From assembly GCF_009914755.1 (NCBI RefSeq), contig NC_060941.1: a stretch of DNA of 64,000 nucleotides; one strand, 5' to 3'. The number at the start of each line of letters is the position of its first letter. The stretch's first letter is position 1. The notes beneath the pieces are model-generated. The model worked only from the letters and a program-made list of their open reading frames with translations. It did no database searches and was not told the origin of the DNA. Positions 1-21,937 of the stretch are shown piece after piece. This DNA comes from the human T2T-CHM13v2.0 reference genome, Homo sapiens. The position numbers and the translations under genes are program-made.

Positions 1-78
1 TAATGTTTTTGAGACTTATCCATGTCGTGGCATATATCAGTACTTTGATCTTCTTAAAAATCATGGAGTAGCATTCTA

Positions 79-508
<430 letters not shown>

Positions 509-869
509 TTATATTTTTATTTCTTTTGGATAAATAGAGTGGAATTGCTGGGTCATAGGGTATGTATATATTTACCTTTATAATAAGTTGTCAAACACCT
601 TTTAAAACTGATTTTATCATTTTATAGTTGCACCTCCAAGGTGTGAGAACTCCAGTTTCTCCACATCCTCACCAACACTAAGAACTGTTAGTCTTACTAA
701 TTTCAGCTTTAGCTTTATCTGCTAGGCTTAAAGAAGTATCTCATTGTGGTTTTAATGTGCATTTCCCTGTAGACTCATTATGTTGAACATCTTTTAAGGC
801 ACTCTTGGCCATTTGTTTATCTTCTATTAGGAAGTTCTCTTTTAAAATCTTTGTCTATTTTTTAAAATG

Positions 870-903
870 GCATATATATGTATATGTGTATACATATATA
901 TAT

Positions 904-952
<49 letters not shown>
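870..952. repeat. (TA)n/(CA)n compound microsatellite
   Basis: catatatatgtatatgtgtatac...(TA)n...cacaca. Confidence 0.9.
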
Positions 953-953
<1 letters not shown>

Positions 954-1454
954 TAAGTTCTTTGTCAGATACATGTTTTGCAAGGAGCAATCACTTAAAT
1001 GAAGAAAAGCCAATAAGGTTGAAGCAAACTGTGAGACTCAAGTCAAACTGACATTTACTGAATAACTACCAGATAGCAGGTCCTTCAGACCCAGGCTTTC
1101 CCCTGATTTTCACTCTGCCGGGCATCATTTTCTTGATTTTTTTCACTATGCTACTAAAGCCTAGAGAGGTTCAATAACTTGTTCAATGCTGCCCAGTTTA
1201 AAGAGGCAGAGCTAGGATTCAAAGGGGTCTGTGTGAATCCTTCCCCTTAAAAGAAGCACACTTATATTGGGTGCCCTCTGTTTTTCCTTTTATTTAAATT
1301 ATATAGAAGGGACTTCTATTTTTTTTCAATGCTTAGCCTCTAGAATCTTAATCTGTCCTTGAATTAGGGCTAGCTGCTTAGTCCTGATTAATTTCTAATA
1401 AGGAACTAACTAGTCCTTTAATATGCCCCTGAATTAGATTATAGGGAACTCTGG

Positions 1455-2375
<921 letters not shown>

Positions 2376-3110
2376 GTGCATTCATAAAAATGGCAATAAT
2401 CCAGGATAAGGAGAACCAAAAAAATTTTTAAAAGGTGGGAAGAGGGTTCCAAAGCAAGCTGAGAAGAGTTTGTGTATAGCCAGGACAAAAACTGGAAGCC
2501 AGTGAATCCCCAAAAGCTGAAGGTCAAGACAGAGCAGGGCTATAAAATCAGGAAAGAGAAACATACACTCAGAGGTGAAAAGACCATGAAGTTCTTGAGA
2601 AGCCCACCAGAGACAGAAAGCATTTCTATTTTTTCCTGGTATAGACCTACAATAGCCATCCCCAAAGGCAACCACTCCCAGATCTAGAAGCCCAAGGACT
2701 CTTTCAGTTCAAGAACTTGCTATGCCTGGCAGCTTCCATCAACATCGATGAGTTTTAAAATCTTTTCTAACCCTGGCTTCTTACCCTGCAGTTAGGACAT
2801 CTTGGTTGTGATGGAAATTCAAATCAATGTAATGCAAACAAACAAAAGTATTCTGGCTTCAATCTTGGGATTAAAATGACACCTCCAGGAATTGCTCTTT
2901 TTCTCCATTTCTTGACTGTGCTTTTCTCTGTATTGGCTTCATACCTGCAACAAGCTCCCTCTCTGTGGTGGGAAATCCAGTTCGTGGCAGCTCTAGGTTT
3001 TCACTGTCCTGATAGTCTAAGGAAAAGAGAAAGACTTTTCCCAGGAGTTCCGGTACCAATTCTGGAAGGGCTCTGATTGGCCTGGTTAATGTCACATTTT
3101 CATCACTAAA

Positions 3111-3294
3111 TAGGATTCCCAGATAAAATAGAGAACTCCCAGTTATATGTGAATTTCAGAAAAACAAATTTTTTTTACTATAAGTATGTCTTATGCAATA
3201 TTTGAGACGTGCTTATACTAAAAAAATTGTATTTATCTGAAATTAAAATGTAACTGAACATCCTGTATTTTTATTTGCTGAACTTGGCAACCTA
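3111..3294. mobile_element. MER53-like palindromic hAT MITE
   Basis: Ends tagg..ccagataaaata / ttggcaaccta; central actataagtatgtc..caatatttgagacgtgcttatacta hairpin. Confidence 0.75.
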
Positions 3295-4039
3295 ATTCCT
3301 ATGCCAACCACCTGTGGCCAAAAGGATGACAGACTCCTGAATCCTGGAGATTGAGTCAGTCTCAGATTGATGGGGACTGGGAATGGGGGAAGGGTAGTTG
3401 CCTAAAGAAATCCTGAGCAGATTAAAAGCTTGTGCCTACTATACTTGCTGTTTCTTCCTGTACTCCCAATTTTGTGTAGACTTTTCCAGATCATCTATCT
3501 CATGTTAAAAACTGAGATAATCACCTTCACTTCCAAATGTGTATTTTTTTGACAAACTGCCAATTATTGACAACAGATTTTTTCTCCATTCCTCTCACCT
3601 CTAGTTATTGAATTTACAAGTTTGGTGTTCTTTCATTTCTTGATTTTCCTTTGGTCCATTAATCCACAACTTGAAAACCCAGACTTGTGTCTCACCAAGT
3701 AAATTCCTACATTCCAGAAGCTGCAAAATTTGACTCAATGACAGTCTAGTGCTAGCTCAAAGGTGACTTGGGGCAGTATCTGAGCAAGCAATATGAACCT
3801 GGAAATTCAGATGCAGCAGATTTGCTGATTTGAAGAGATCATTCCAGTTTTTATAAAAATTTCATATACTTATTATTTTATGAACTAATGTACTGTCATA
3901 GTAACAAAGTTTGGACCTTCGCTGGAGGAGAAGGGGATGAGTTCAAGAAATTTTCCTATTTGTAAGCACTACTATTTGTTTGTTCTGTATCACATTGCCA
4001 TGTTCTCACTTGTATGCCTCAACTGTAAATATGCATATC

Positions 4040-4740
<701 letters not shown>

Positions 4741-5049
4741 TCTAAGAAGTCATTACTTTACGTCTAATTGTGTCAATGTATATCATTGTCAGATCTTCCT
4801 TCAATATTGTCAAAATTCTTAATACATTGGTTTTATTTGCTTGGAAAAGTTTCGGTGATAATTGCTGAAGGACCAGGCTATTTTATAGAAAAGTTCTTTT
4901 TCTCTTGAGGCTATTGGATGTGAATAATCCTGAAGTCTTCTTCTGTAGCAAGTCATTCAAGAAATGGATTGACCTTTAAAAGAAATTTCACAGTAATTTT
5001 CCTCTGGCTTATTTTTGGCAATCAAAATAAATAGAATCACAGACTGGGG

Positions 5050-5385
5050 ACTGGGCATGGTGGCTAACACCTGTAATCCTAGCGCTTTGGCAAGCCAGGG
5101 CAGGAGGATCACTGGAGGCCAAGAATTTGAGACCAACCTGGGCAACAAAGCAAGACCCTATTTCTACAAAAAAAAAAAAAAAAAAAAAAAGAGTCAGACA
5201 TGATGGCTCATGTCTGAAGTCCTAGCTACTCGGGAGGCTGAGGCAGGAGTACTGCTTGAGCCTAGCAGTTCAAGGCTGCATTGAGCCATGATTACACCAC
5301 TGCACTCCAGACTGGTTGATAGAGCAAGACCTTGTCTCAAGCAAACAAACAAACAAAAAAAACAAAAACAAACAAAAAAAACTAA
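5050..5385 (+). mobile_element. Alu (J-type) with long middle A-tract and (CAAA)n tail
   Basis: Diverged Alu dimer. Confidence 0.85.
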
Positions 5386-6442
5386 AGACTAGAGGGATGT
5401 TGATTCCTCTTTGAAATCTTAGGTTTATGCTTAGATGAGACACTGCAGTAGCCTGAAGCTTCATATTAGTCTATTGGCATGTGCTTTGACAAAAAGCAAA
5501 CAAAACATGTAGGTAACAAAGATGAAAGATAAAATAGACCAACATCAAGAAAAATGGCATTCTGAGTTTTGATCTCAGAGAACTAGTCCCCTCTCTATGT
5601 TCCAGGAATGACAGAAAATGACATATTTCAAATACAAGTTAATTCTTTTCTTTTAGCTAAATTGTTCACGATTGAATGGTGCTTTTATACGTCAAGAAAA
5701 TGATCCCTTCTCTTCCTGATCTTCTATTAAAAACAATGAGACAATTAATTTTTCCTACTGATGAATCTGATAATATGCACTGTTAAATGTGTGGAACGCA
5801 AATTTAGAGTTTCTTATACAGATCAGATACTCAGAGGGAGTATAATTCACCAAGGATTCCCCTTTGGAAAATGATGTTTAAAAGCTCAGAGAGCACTAAT
5901 TAGATTAAGTACGATGATCATGAGAGAAATGTTAGATTAGAACCAAAAAGTTTTTGAAAGGGTAGAGCAATTCGGAGGAGCTAAGAGAAGATTAATGCAT
6001 AAGAATTGAGTGACTGTGCTAATGACAAAAAGAACCTAAAGGGACACATTTCAAATCAGTCAATGGTAAATGGTGGAGAGGTGTGAGAGGAAAAGGGGTC
6101 AGGGCCCCTTTGACAAATATTCTCTTAGGTATTTTCTCTTAATAGAGGGTCCTTGTGGAGGAAGAGTGATCTAAAAGTTTGCATGGGTAAAGGAATACCT
6201 GTTGAATTCAGTAAGACCTTAAATGCCCAGGGGAACTCTCTGGCCTTGGCTTAGTAAGCAATAGAAGTCACTGAAGGTCTTGAGGAAAAAGGAGGGAGAA
6301 GAACGCCGTAGGTTAGAGAAGCAAATCTGGAAGTATAGTGTAGACTGTGGGAGAAGAGTTCACGCTGGCGATTAGAGGCATGTGTGAGTTTCGATTGAAT
6401 GTGTGGGCAGGGCTTACAGATATGAGATGACTCTGAGATATT

Positions 6443-6746
6443 CTTTTTTTTTCTTTTTTTTTTTTGAGACGGAGTCTCACTGTGTCGTCCAGGCTGGAAT
6501 GTAGTGGCGTGATCTTGGCTCACTGCAAGCTCTGCCTCCCAGGTTCACGCCATTCTCCTGCCTCAGCCTCCTGAGTAGCTGGGACTACAGGCGCCTGCCA
6601 CCACGCCCAGCTAATTTTTTGTATTTTTAGTAGAGACGGGGTTTCACTGTGTTTGCCAGGATGGTCTCGATCTCCTGACCTTGTGATCCATCCACCTAGG
6701 CCTCCCAAAGTGCTGGGATTACAGGCTTGAGCCACCGTGCCTAGCC
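6443..6746 (-). mobile_element. Alu
   Basis: Reverse Alu; TSD actctgagatattct. Confidence 0.92.
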
Positions 6747-7553
6747 AACTCTGAGATATTCTAAAGGAGTGGGGGGCTTACAGAGAGGAATCATGGACAG
6801 GCTAGATGGTATCTTTGAAGTTATCTGATCCAATATACTACCCAATACGATATGTCTACATTTAACAGTCCATAGCTTACATTAGAGTTCACTCTGTGTT
6901 GGTCATTCTATGGATTTTGACTAATGTCATACATCCACCATTACAGTATCACATAGATATCAATTTCTTTTTCAGAGACAGTGTAGACTAATGCTGTATC
7001 AATGAAGGAATTTTCTTTGACTACCAGATATCTGTTTCTGTAATGTTATCAGTGGATTCCCACTGTTCTGCCAGAAGTTTTGAATGTTCTTCCTGCTTTG
7101 CAGGCAGTTTCTCCCTAAAGAACTACTGAATATTATGTCATACTCCCAACAGGGTAATATATGTGATGTGCACTGTAAAACTTTCCAAAAGTTATTAAAA
7201 TACTGAGTTCCAAATGCACCTGGCCCCAAAGGTTGTGGATTTGGAGTTGTGGATCTATACTCCCTAGTATCCCCAGCAGGATCTGGGAGAGGACCTCAGA
7301 ATCAAACAACTTCATATTTCTGCAGTGAAAGAATCTCTGCACATAAATACTCACACTAAGTGGGATAAAGAGAGATAAATATCTCTACACCACTTTCAGT
7401 CAAGTTTTGTTGTGAAAGGGAAAACTTATTTTCTTAAAAAAAAAAGATTTTGTCTTTTCAAAGCATTTTGGATTTCAGAATTGTAGATAAGGGATGGTGG
7501 ACCTAGACAACACATGACAAAGTGATATAAATGCCACTGTAAAAAAGACTATG

Positions 7554-7978
<425 letters not shown>

Positions 7979-8058
7979 CTAAGCTGATTTTAGATAGGTC
8001 AAGAGGAAGTGATAAGGGAATGGAGCCAGTGGCATGGACTATTTGTATGAGAAATTTA

Positions 8059-8382
<324 letters not shown>

Positions 8383-10018
8383 CTATGTTTTTGTTAAAAG
8401 CACCAGGAATTCCAACTCAAAGAAGCTAAAACATTAAATGTGTCAGCTAATGTATCTGGAAGGATCAGAGAGAAGACTAGCATAAGGCAAGGCTTGATCT
8501 GGAAGCTCAGTGATACTATCAAGAGCTCAGATCCTTTTGGCCTCTCAGCTCTGCCCTGTAACTTATACTTTTAGGTGTACATGAGCAGGGAAAACAAAAC
8601 TGAAGACCGTAGCTTAGGCCATATGCCCCATCCATCCCTGGAGGTAACAAGAGGAAAGTCACCTTCCTTGGGACTGTATAGATGCCCAAACAGAAATCTG
8701 AGGGTATTGAGAAGGGGGAAGAGGGATTGGCTGGTGCAGAGGGAAGCATTTGACAAAGACAAGGGGAGAAGCCATTGAAAGGAGGTAAGCTTTTAATGTT
8801 TGTTTTAGATAGAGAGTATATGTGTGTGTTTGAGGGCAGAAAAGTGGGGATGGGGTGAGTTGAAGTCTAGAACTCATTAGAGACGTCCTGGAGGAGGAGG
8901 GGAAGAGAAAGGATTTAGACAGAGAGAGACAGTGGGTGTGTGGCTTGGTAACTAGATTGTGGCAACTGGCTCTGGTATCCTGAACTTGAACTGCCTGATA
9001 GATGAACGGGCACACCTGGTTACTCAAGGCAGTGTCTCTTGGGGATTGCTGTGGTTACAGAGCAGTTTTTTCTGTGAGGTCAAGCCACAGCTATAGCCTC
9101 AAGCTACTTGAGAGCTAAACCTATCTGTTTAATTATTGCTAAAAGGATTTTATTGTTCACTATGCACAGGCATATAAAAATGCACTTTGAGGTTATAAGA
9201 TTGGGTCCCTGAACTGACCCTTTTTTGGTTTCAAGCAGCAACCATTACAGAATTTTAACCAGATAAACTGTTAGTAAAACATATCCACAGTGATTGCCAC
9301 TTCTCTGCTATCTTTATATGAAGATAGCATTTTTTAGAAGAAAAACTCTTTATTGAGTATGATATAAAATGCAAACAACTAAACATCATAAGATGACAAT
9401 TTGATGAATTTTCACCAACTGAAAACAACGAGCTAATTAGCATCCACGTTGAAAACCAGCACATCGCTGCCACTCCAGTAGCTTTCTTCTACATGTTATT
9501 CTGACCATGTTTATGCTTAATCCAGTTTAGGGATAAGGCTACCAAAAGCATGTAGTCTGCCTTTGAAATAATATCATGGCAATTTTAGAGTCAACTGTTA
9601 ACTTGGTTATGTCAGTATTTCACTGCTGGAAGACTGATTTCAGAAATACTTTGCTCCCAAAAAACACATCTTTAAGCAAAAATCTGAATTGCCCATAACA
9701 ATAATTTTCTCCTTTTGGTACATCAGCAGAATCTGTCAAATGGAAGGGTGAATTGATGAGATGTAGAGGATATGGATCTTTATTAAGCAGCAATGAGTGA
9801 GCAAAGAAGCAAAATATTAAATAGCAAAAAACAACAAACAAACAAAACAAAAAAAGAAGTGGAGACTGTACCTTACTATTTAATTCAGGATACTAAATAC
9901 ATACTTTGCAAGTGATGGTTATTTGCTAATAGCTTTTTAAGGTGTTTTACTTTGTAAAGATTATTATAGAAGAAACTGTTCTTCTTACTTCATTTTATAC
10001 AAATAATAATGTCAGTAG

Positions 10019-10341
<323 letters not shown>

Positions 10342-11065
10342 CCAACTGGCCCTATATTTTTATAGAACATTTATATATTTGTTTTTGTTATTCTAACTTG
10401 TTTCTGTTTTATTAGAATATCAGTGCAGATCTGACATCTATCAATCTACATAAATATATATATATAATTCAATCCAATAAACATATGTATATTTATGTAA
10501 ATGGATCTTGAGATGGGAGTAGGGCATGTGAATTTGGAAATAGTGTTTTAAAACATCAGTGGGTAGCTATTTTATAGTTACTTGTTTTATAGTTTTTATA
10601 GTTACTTGTTTTTCTGAGGTAGGATAGAAGAAGCAGTTGAGGACTGGAATAGGAAGGAAAAGGCTGGGGAGGGAAAGTTGTAGAAAAAAGATAGGAAGCT
10701 GAGAGGTCATGGGAGCTGCTTTTGCTGAAGTTGTTCATCAAACCAGGGGCCAGATGGCCAGGCTGAGGTGGAGGGGACCCTCCTCCAATATCCCTGACTC
10801 CCTTGCCTGTGCTTGGCCTCTGCTGGGACTGAGAACTGGGAGAGTGGCTGCCATTGGCTTGCCTGCTCCCAGGCGATTCAACACTTTCCTGTTCCCTTTC
10901 CTCCAACCATACATTGGCTCCCGGGACCAGGCCGTGTGTTTATGTGTGTGTTCATTCAGTCATAACTGCACACCATCGATTCAGATCACACATATTTATC
11001 AGAAGTGTAGCCAACTTTGACGTTTGTTTGGTTGAATATCACCAGTAGCCAAAAAAGTCTGGTGA

Positions 11066-12020
<955 letters not shown>

Positions 12021-14939
12021 GTCAACTTTTAAGTAACTCTCTGATTGTGATTTGATTGTTGTGGGTACAATTTATACTTCCCAAGAAACACCTATGCCAG
12101 CAGAAATACCTGTGCCATCCTAAGCTTTTAACTTTTGATAAGAAACGATTGAATCGTATATAACAGAGAAACTTGAATATTGAGACGATCTTGCTCTTTG
12201 GTTTTCAAAAAATTGTGTTTTTCTATCAAAGATGGTTTAAATATAGCATTTTCCCCTTCCAAATGTGGTTTATTCTCAACACTTTAGATTTATTACTTTT
12301 TGCCTTCATTTAAATTTCCATTCGGGTTAATTGAAATGTAACAGATGGTCCTTGACACTTTGACACTCTCTGTCAAAACGCATTAGTGGAAATGCAGCAT
12401 TTCAAGGGGAAGTTTGTACCCACAGGAAAGGTGGGATTATACCTACAGTCTATGAAATAGAAAGACAGTCATTTGAAAGTTCAGAATGGTAAGTTATCTG
12501 CCATGCCCAGGTCAAGAGAAGTTACAAATGTGCTTCTGTTAGTGGAAAACTATGAGAGTGAATGGTGATTGGAGGCCAAGTAAATTATAGAGGGAGGAGT
12601 TAAGGCTGCAGGCTGGAGAAGCTAGAGGAGACCAGTGGCAAGAGAGGACCAGGGCAGATTTTAGATGTGAGGACACTGGTGGTGGGCCTGGAAGGCTTGG
12701 AGAGTGAAAAGTGAAGGAAGAGGAGGCAGGCAGGAGGAAATTCAAGTGAAATAAGATGAGAAGTGGCTCTTGCAATATGAGAGAGGATCTAATGATACTG
12801 TTGTATGCAGGGATGGAAGGAAAGTGAGGCCAAGGGCAGCAGGGTCAATAGAAAAGGGAGAAAAAAAAACAGTGAAATTAGTTTCCTGTAACCCCACCAG
12901 TGTCCTACCTGTCTGTAGAGTACTGGCCATCAAATAGCTCCCATGGAAAGCTAGCATGTCTCGAAAGGTAATTGGATACAGAGCATCATCTGTCAGTGTA
13001 CTGACCCTCGGGAAAAGCAAGAGCTTGGTTTCCTGACTTGTGAATAAACATTTACTCTCCTAAGAAAAATTAAGGAATTCTGTCTCATCCACTTAAGTCT
13101 AAGTCAAAGAACCGAAGGGATGACCCTGCATCAAACCAAAGTGAGTCCACTTGTTTGATCAGCTTAAAGGGATATTTTCATTTGTCAAGTGTTCCAGAAA
13201 TAGTACATAAGATATTGATATTGTGTATTTTTGCTATCAACTGGTAATAATTATAAACATGCCTTGTGCAGATTTCTTCTTCATCAATTTATCCAAATAT
13301 AAGGGTCTTGGCCAAAGATTTAAAATATCCCAGGTGTAACATCCCTAATGTTATCTTCCTGAAAGAATGAAGTAGGTTCGGATGGAGAAGAAATACCTCA
13401 GTTTAAGAAATGAAAAGCATCTGCTAATAATGAAAGAAAATTGTACTTATTCTTCTGGGACTTCACAATGTTCCTTCTCCTACCCAGGCACGTCCTGAGC
13501 ACAGAGTGCTAAGTAGAGTATTGCCCTCGGGAGGTTCACAATCAGCCTGGTGAAAGATGGCTTGTGTTGACAGACAAGCCACCTTCATCTGGAACTTGTA
13601 AATTTGAGCTGGGGACACATTTGTCACATAGCAACCTTGAAGTAAACAGGGTGATTCCTCCCCCAGAAATAGGATTTTCGTTTGCTGAGGGGGTTGGATT
13701 AGATTATCTTCCTGCCCTGGTACAGCTCTAGTCCTCTGTGGCCCATTCGTCTACCTTTTAAAAATGCCTGTGGCAAGGGATTCTCAAATCATTTTGGTGG
13801 AGGTATAGACTGAGGCAACATCATTAAGAGGGCAACTTGGGAATATCTATCAACACTCAAAATGCACAAATCATTTGGGCAAGAGTTCTACTTGTAGAAA
13901 TTTAGCTTGTACACTTAGTTGCATAGGTGTACCAATATATAAACACAAGATTTATTGTAGCAATGGTTGCAATAAGAGAAAAAAAAGTGAAAAAATCCTG
14001 TATACTCATCAATGGGAGACGGATTTAAAACATTATGTATACCCATGCAATGAGCTAATAATCAATATTTAAAAGTTTGAGATAGAGCTATATATGTTCA
14101 TCCATATGTGTTCTTATCCCCATGAGGGCCTATATTTTTTATCTTTTATTCCCCTCTGCATTTAAAACAGTATCTAGCACATGTAGGTGAAGTACCTAGC
14201 ACATTTAAGTGAAGAAAGGAATAATGAATTAGTTTTAAAAATGAGTTTAAAGATGTCTACTATAAATGCCCAAAAGGTACTGTGTATTTCCTAAGGCATT
14301 TCGTAAGTGGATCTTGGTCTTTCCCAGTTGTGATAGCAGGGGGTATGAGTATTTTACACAGCTCTGCCTTGGGAGAGTAGATGATTTTGGTTAGTAGTGA
14401 GAAGGCTTAATCCAAAATCTTGATAACATTCTCTAGGGCTGTACAGGTGGAGATGGGGAAAGAGACACTAAATAGCCATCTGCAAATACCAGTCACTGTT
14501 CAGAGCATTTCACGAATGATGCTCATGGTTGCAGGACGCTTTGACTGTGCTTGAAAAGGGAATATGAGACAAATTGCCAGCTATCCCATTTGAAAACATT
14601 TTGGTTGATTTCTTGTTAGTTTTAACACAAACTCTTTAGCTCAGCAAAGTTCACTCCTTAAATGAGATGAAATGTTTCCAAAGCATATATTTGCAATGAA
14701 CATGATGGATTTACACTTCTTCATGTCAGGGAGTGAAAAGATATAAACTTAGTGAAAAGAGGGTAATGCTTAAAATGTCCTTTTCCTTAATAAATAATGT
14801 AAGAGATTTAAAATTCCTAAAATTACCCTAATTGTTATCTGTGTGTCCATTAATTGGAAACCCCAATTTCATTCCCCTTTGCTGTTTTATTTCTTTGCCC
14901 TCATGGTTATTTTTATTTTTTATTCTGTACATTTAAATA

Positions 14940-15360
14940 AAGCACCGGCGGGGGGATATACTCTTACAGGATTTTGAAATTTTATAGCCTCACACTTCCA
15001 AGTTCTTTATAGAAGAAATTATAAAGCCTAATAAATATAACTACACCTGTCGGTTAAAGATACACATTACGGAAAATAAAACCGCTGCTCATTTTCCTGT
15101 GCATGTTTGTGAGAGCATTTAAGGATTTGTTTGAAAAGAACTGCTGAAAATATGGAAACTTGACATCGTCACGAAACTTGCTGAGACGCTGGGTGCTGAT
15201 TTACAAGAACACGCCCTCAGCACCCTCGTTGCGGTAGATAAGCCAACTCTTGGCAGACTGTTGTAGCCACAGAAACTCATCTGACTCTGCTACAGTCTGA
15301 CGTAGAAACTTAGAAGAGTATGTAGCTGCTGATTGACAGCTATAGGTCTGTAGGGACCGT
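14940..15360. promoter_or_regulatory. Candidate Six/Maf/E-box enhancer island
   Basis: GAAACTTGA 15155, GAAACTTGC 15173, GAAACTCA 15272, GAAACTTAG 15305; TGCTGA x4; CACCTG 15044, CATCTG 15278; about a dozen retained CpGs. Confidence 0.4.
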
Positions 15361-15602
15361 AGTCTTGGTACTCTCCAGCCTTCTTATTTGGGGGGAACAG
15401 CACTGGAGGAGATTAGCCACATTAGCTAGAACCTGCTTCCATCTTTATGCCCTCATAATAGACTAAAGGAAGAATATGAAGAAATGTATTGGAAATTTGG
15501 ACTTTCTCATATAAATGGAGCCAAAGCCTTATTTGTCAATTATTCTATGGAAACAATTGTTTTTTTCTACCCCTCAACACCTCCACCCCTACTTTTTAAG
15601 AC

Positions 15603-15892
15603 TTTTTTTTTTTTTTTGAGACAGAGTCGCTCTGTTGCCCAGGCTGGAGGGCAATGGCACAACCTCGGCTCACTGCAACCTCCGCCTCCCGGTTTAAGCA
15701 TTTCTCTTGCCTCAGCCTCCCACGTAGCTGGGATTACAGGCATCTGCCACCATGCCTGACTAATTTTTGTATTTTTCAGTAGAGAAGGTGTTTCACCATG
15801 TTGGCCAGGCTGGTCTCAAACTCCTGACCTCAAGTGATCCACCCGCCTCAGCCTCCCAAAGTGCTGGAATTATAGGCATGAGCGCCTGGCTC
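15603..15892 (-). mobile_element. Alu
   Basis: Reverse Alu dimer. Confidence 0.9.
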
Positions 15893-15914
15893 AAGACTTT
15901 CAAATCTAACACAT

Positions 15915-18590
<2,676 letters not shown>

Positions 18591-18699
18591 TGGTCAATTC
18601 TTTTATGACGTGAAACTCAAAGGGAAAAGTGGATCTTTTTCATCTAAACCTGGTAGGAGAGGATAAATCACTTTCCAGTGGTTTGTGATTCCTTTATAA

Positions 18700-19040
<341 letters not shown>

Positions 19041-19662
19041 TCTATTCAGCTTCTTAAAATTATCATGTTATCAACATTTATCCTCTTCTTCTGCCACTAC
19101 CACCCTTAGTTTTAACTATAAGCAGCTGTACTAAGACATTCAGCACCTGTTTAGGAACTAAGAAGTTTTCCGTAATATCTATTTGAGCATGAGTACCCTG
19201 AGCATGATTGACATAATGATGTACAAAGTGGGCCTTTTCTAGCTACTCACTGAGCAAAACCTGCTGTCGCAAGAAGCATCAATGGGGAATTCTCCAGCGG
19301 AATTGCAATGAACTATTCTGGATTCCCAGTTTAAGGGACGGAGGTCGGAGTTCTGCTAACATTCCAAGCTCGACTTTGTCAGTGTTCTCTCTAGTTCTCT
19401 TCTTGCTAGTCCCTTAGATAGTGCTTTCATCATGCCGACACTCAGGGCTCTCTCTGATAGTAGGCTCCCATTGTCACTGGGGAGCGAGAGTTGAAATTCT
19501 TCACATTAGTTGAATTATGCTATTTGCTGAATGCTGTGTACTGGAGAAGGGAGATCTAGGGCCATCAGGTTCATCTAGAGAATTTTTCTTTGCCCAAAGG
19601 CAGGAGCCAAATGTAACAAGATGCTAAGAATTCAAGAAGAAGAATCATCATATAAGATGAGG

Positions 19663-20141
<479 letters not shown>

Positions 20142-20366
20142 TCAAAGTTTACTCCTTAAATGTGTACTTGAAACACCCATTTCTTGTTTCCAGGGTGCCA
20201 ACAGATGTCGTTTTGTAAGAAAAGCTCCCCAAAATTCTGTGCATCGGACTCATTTATGCAATCTCTGCCTACATTGGGACCCCACTGAAGCCACGACCCC
20301 TAAGGCAGGGCTGGACTGCCTTGCAGGTCTATGAAGTTCTCCATTCCAAATCTCTCTCAATTGTGA

Positions 20367-20740
<374 letters not shown>

Positions 20741-20894
20741 CACATATATATTTATACAGATATTTCAGTGCCCCTTCGGAGGCTTATGTCCTGAGGTACA
20801 TGTTTGGCAAATATCAACATTCTATAGGAAATTTCAACTGGACCTATTTACAGATTAAATAAGACATTAACCTAAAAACAGAATCACCAATTGA

Positions 20895-21209
<315 letters not shown>

Positions 21210-21617
21210 TGACTTTTGAAATAAGTGTTGGTATTATGAACTATTCATACATGCCAAAGAACATATATAGAATATATGTGTTGTTTAAATCATAATAACA
21301 TAAACACGTGGTATCCTCCAGCTAGTTTAAGAAACACCCAGCAAAGGTATTTGCCCTCAAAGAGTCCTGTGTGCCCCTTCCTGCTATCCTTTCCAAGTTT
21401 TTCTCCCCTTACAGCTGAGGTCTTTCAGAATGTAGAAGGACCTCATACGCTTCACACTGGGACCTACAGAGGCTACCCAACTCTCCAAGGTGACCCAGAG
21501 ACATAGAATGGTACCTGTTTCTACTAATTCCTGCTCCAGTGAGTTTTTCACTACATCAAATTTTTGACATTTATTTTGAACAAGGAATATTTTTCAAGTC
21601 AAAATAGGTACCTAATG

Positions 21618-21937
<320 letters not shown>

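Noticed and set aside
10568-10612. Short tandem duplication (ttttatagttacttgttttt x2) with a MEF2-like ctattttatag
   Set aside because: Simple slippage repeat; the motif has five rather than four central A/T bases
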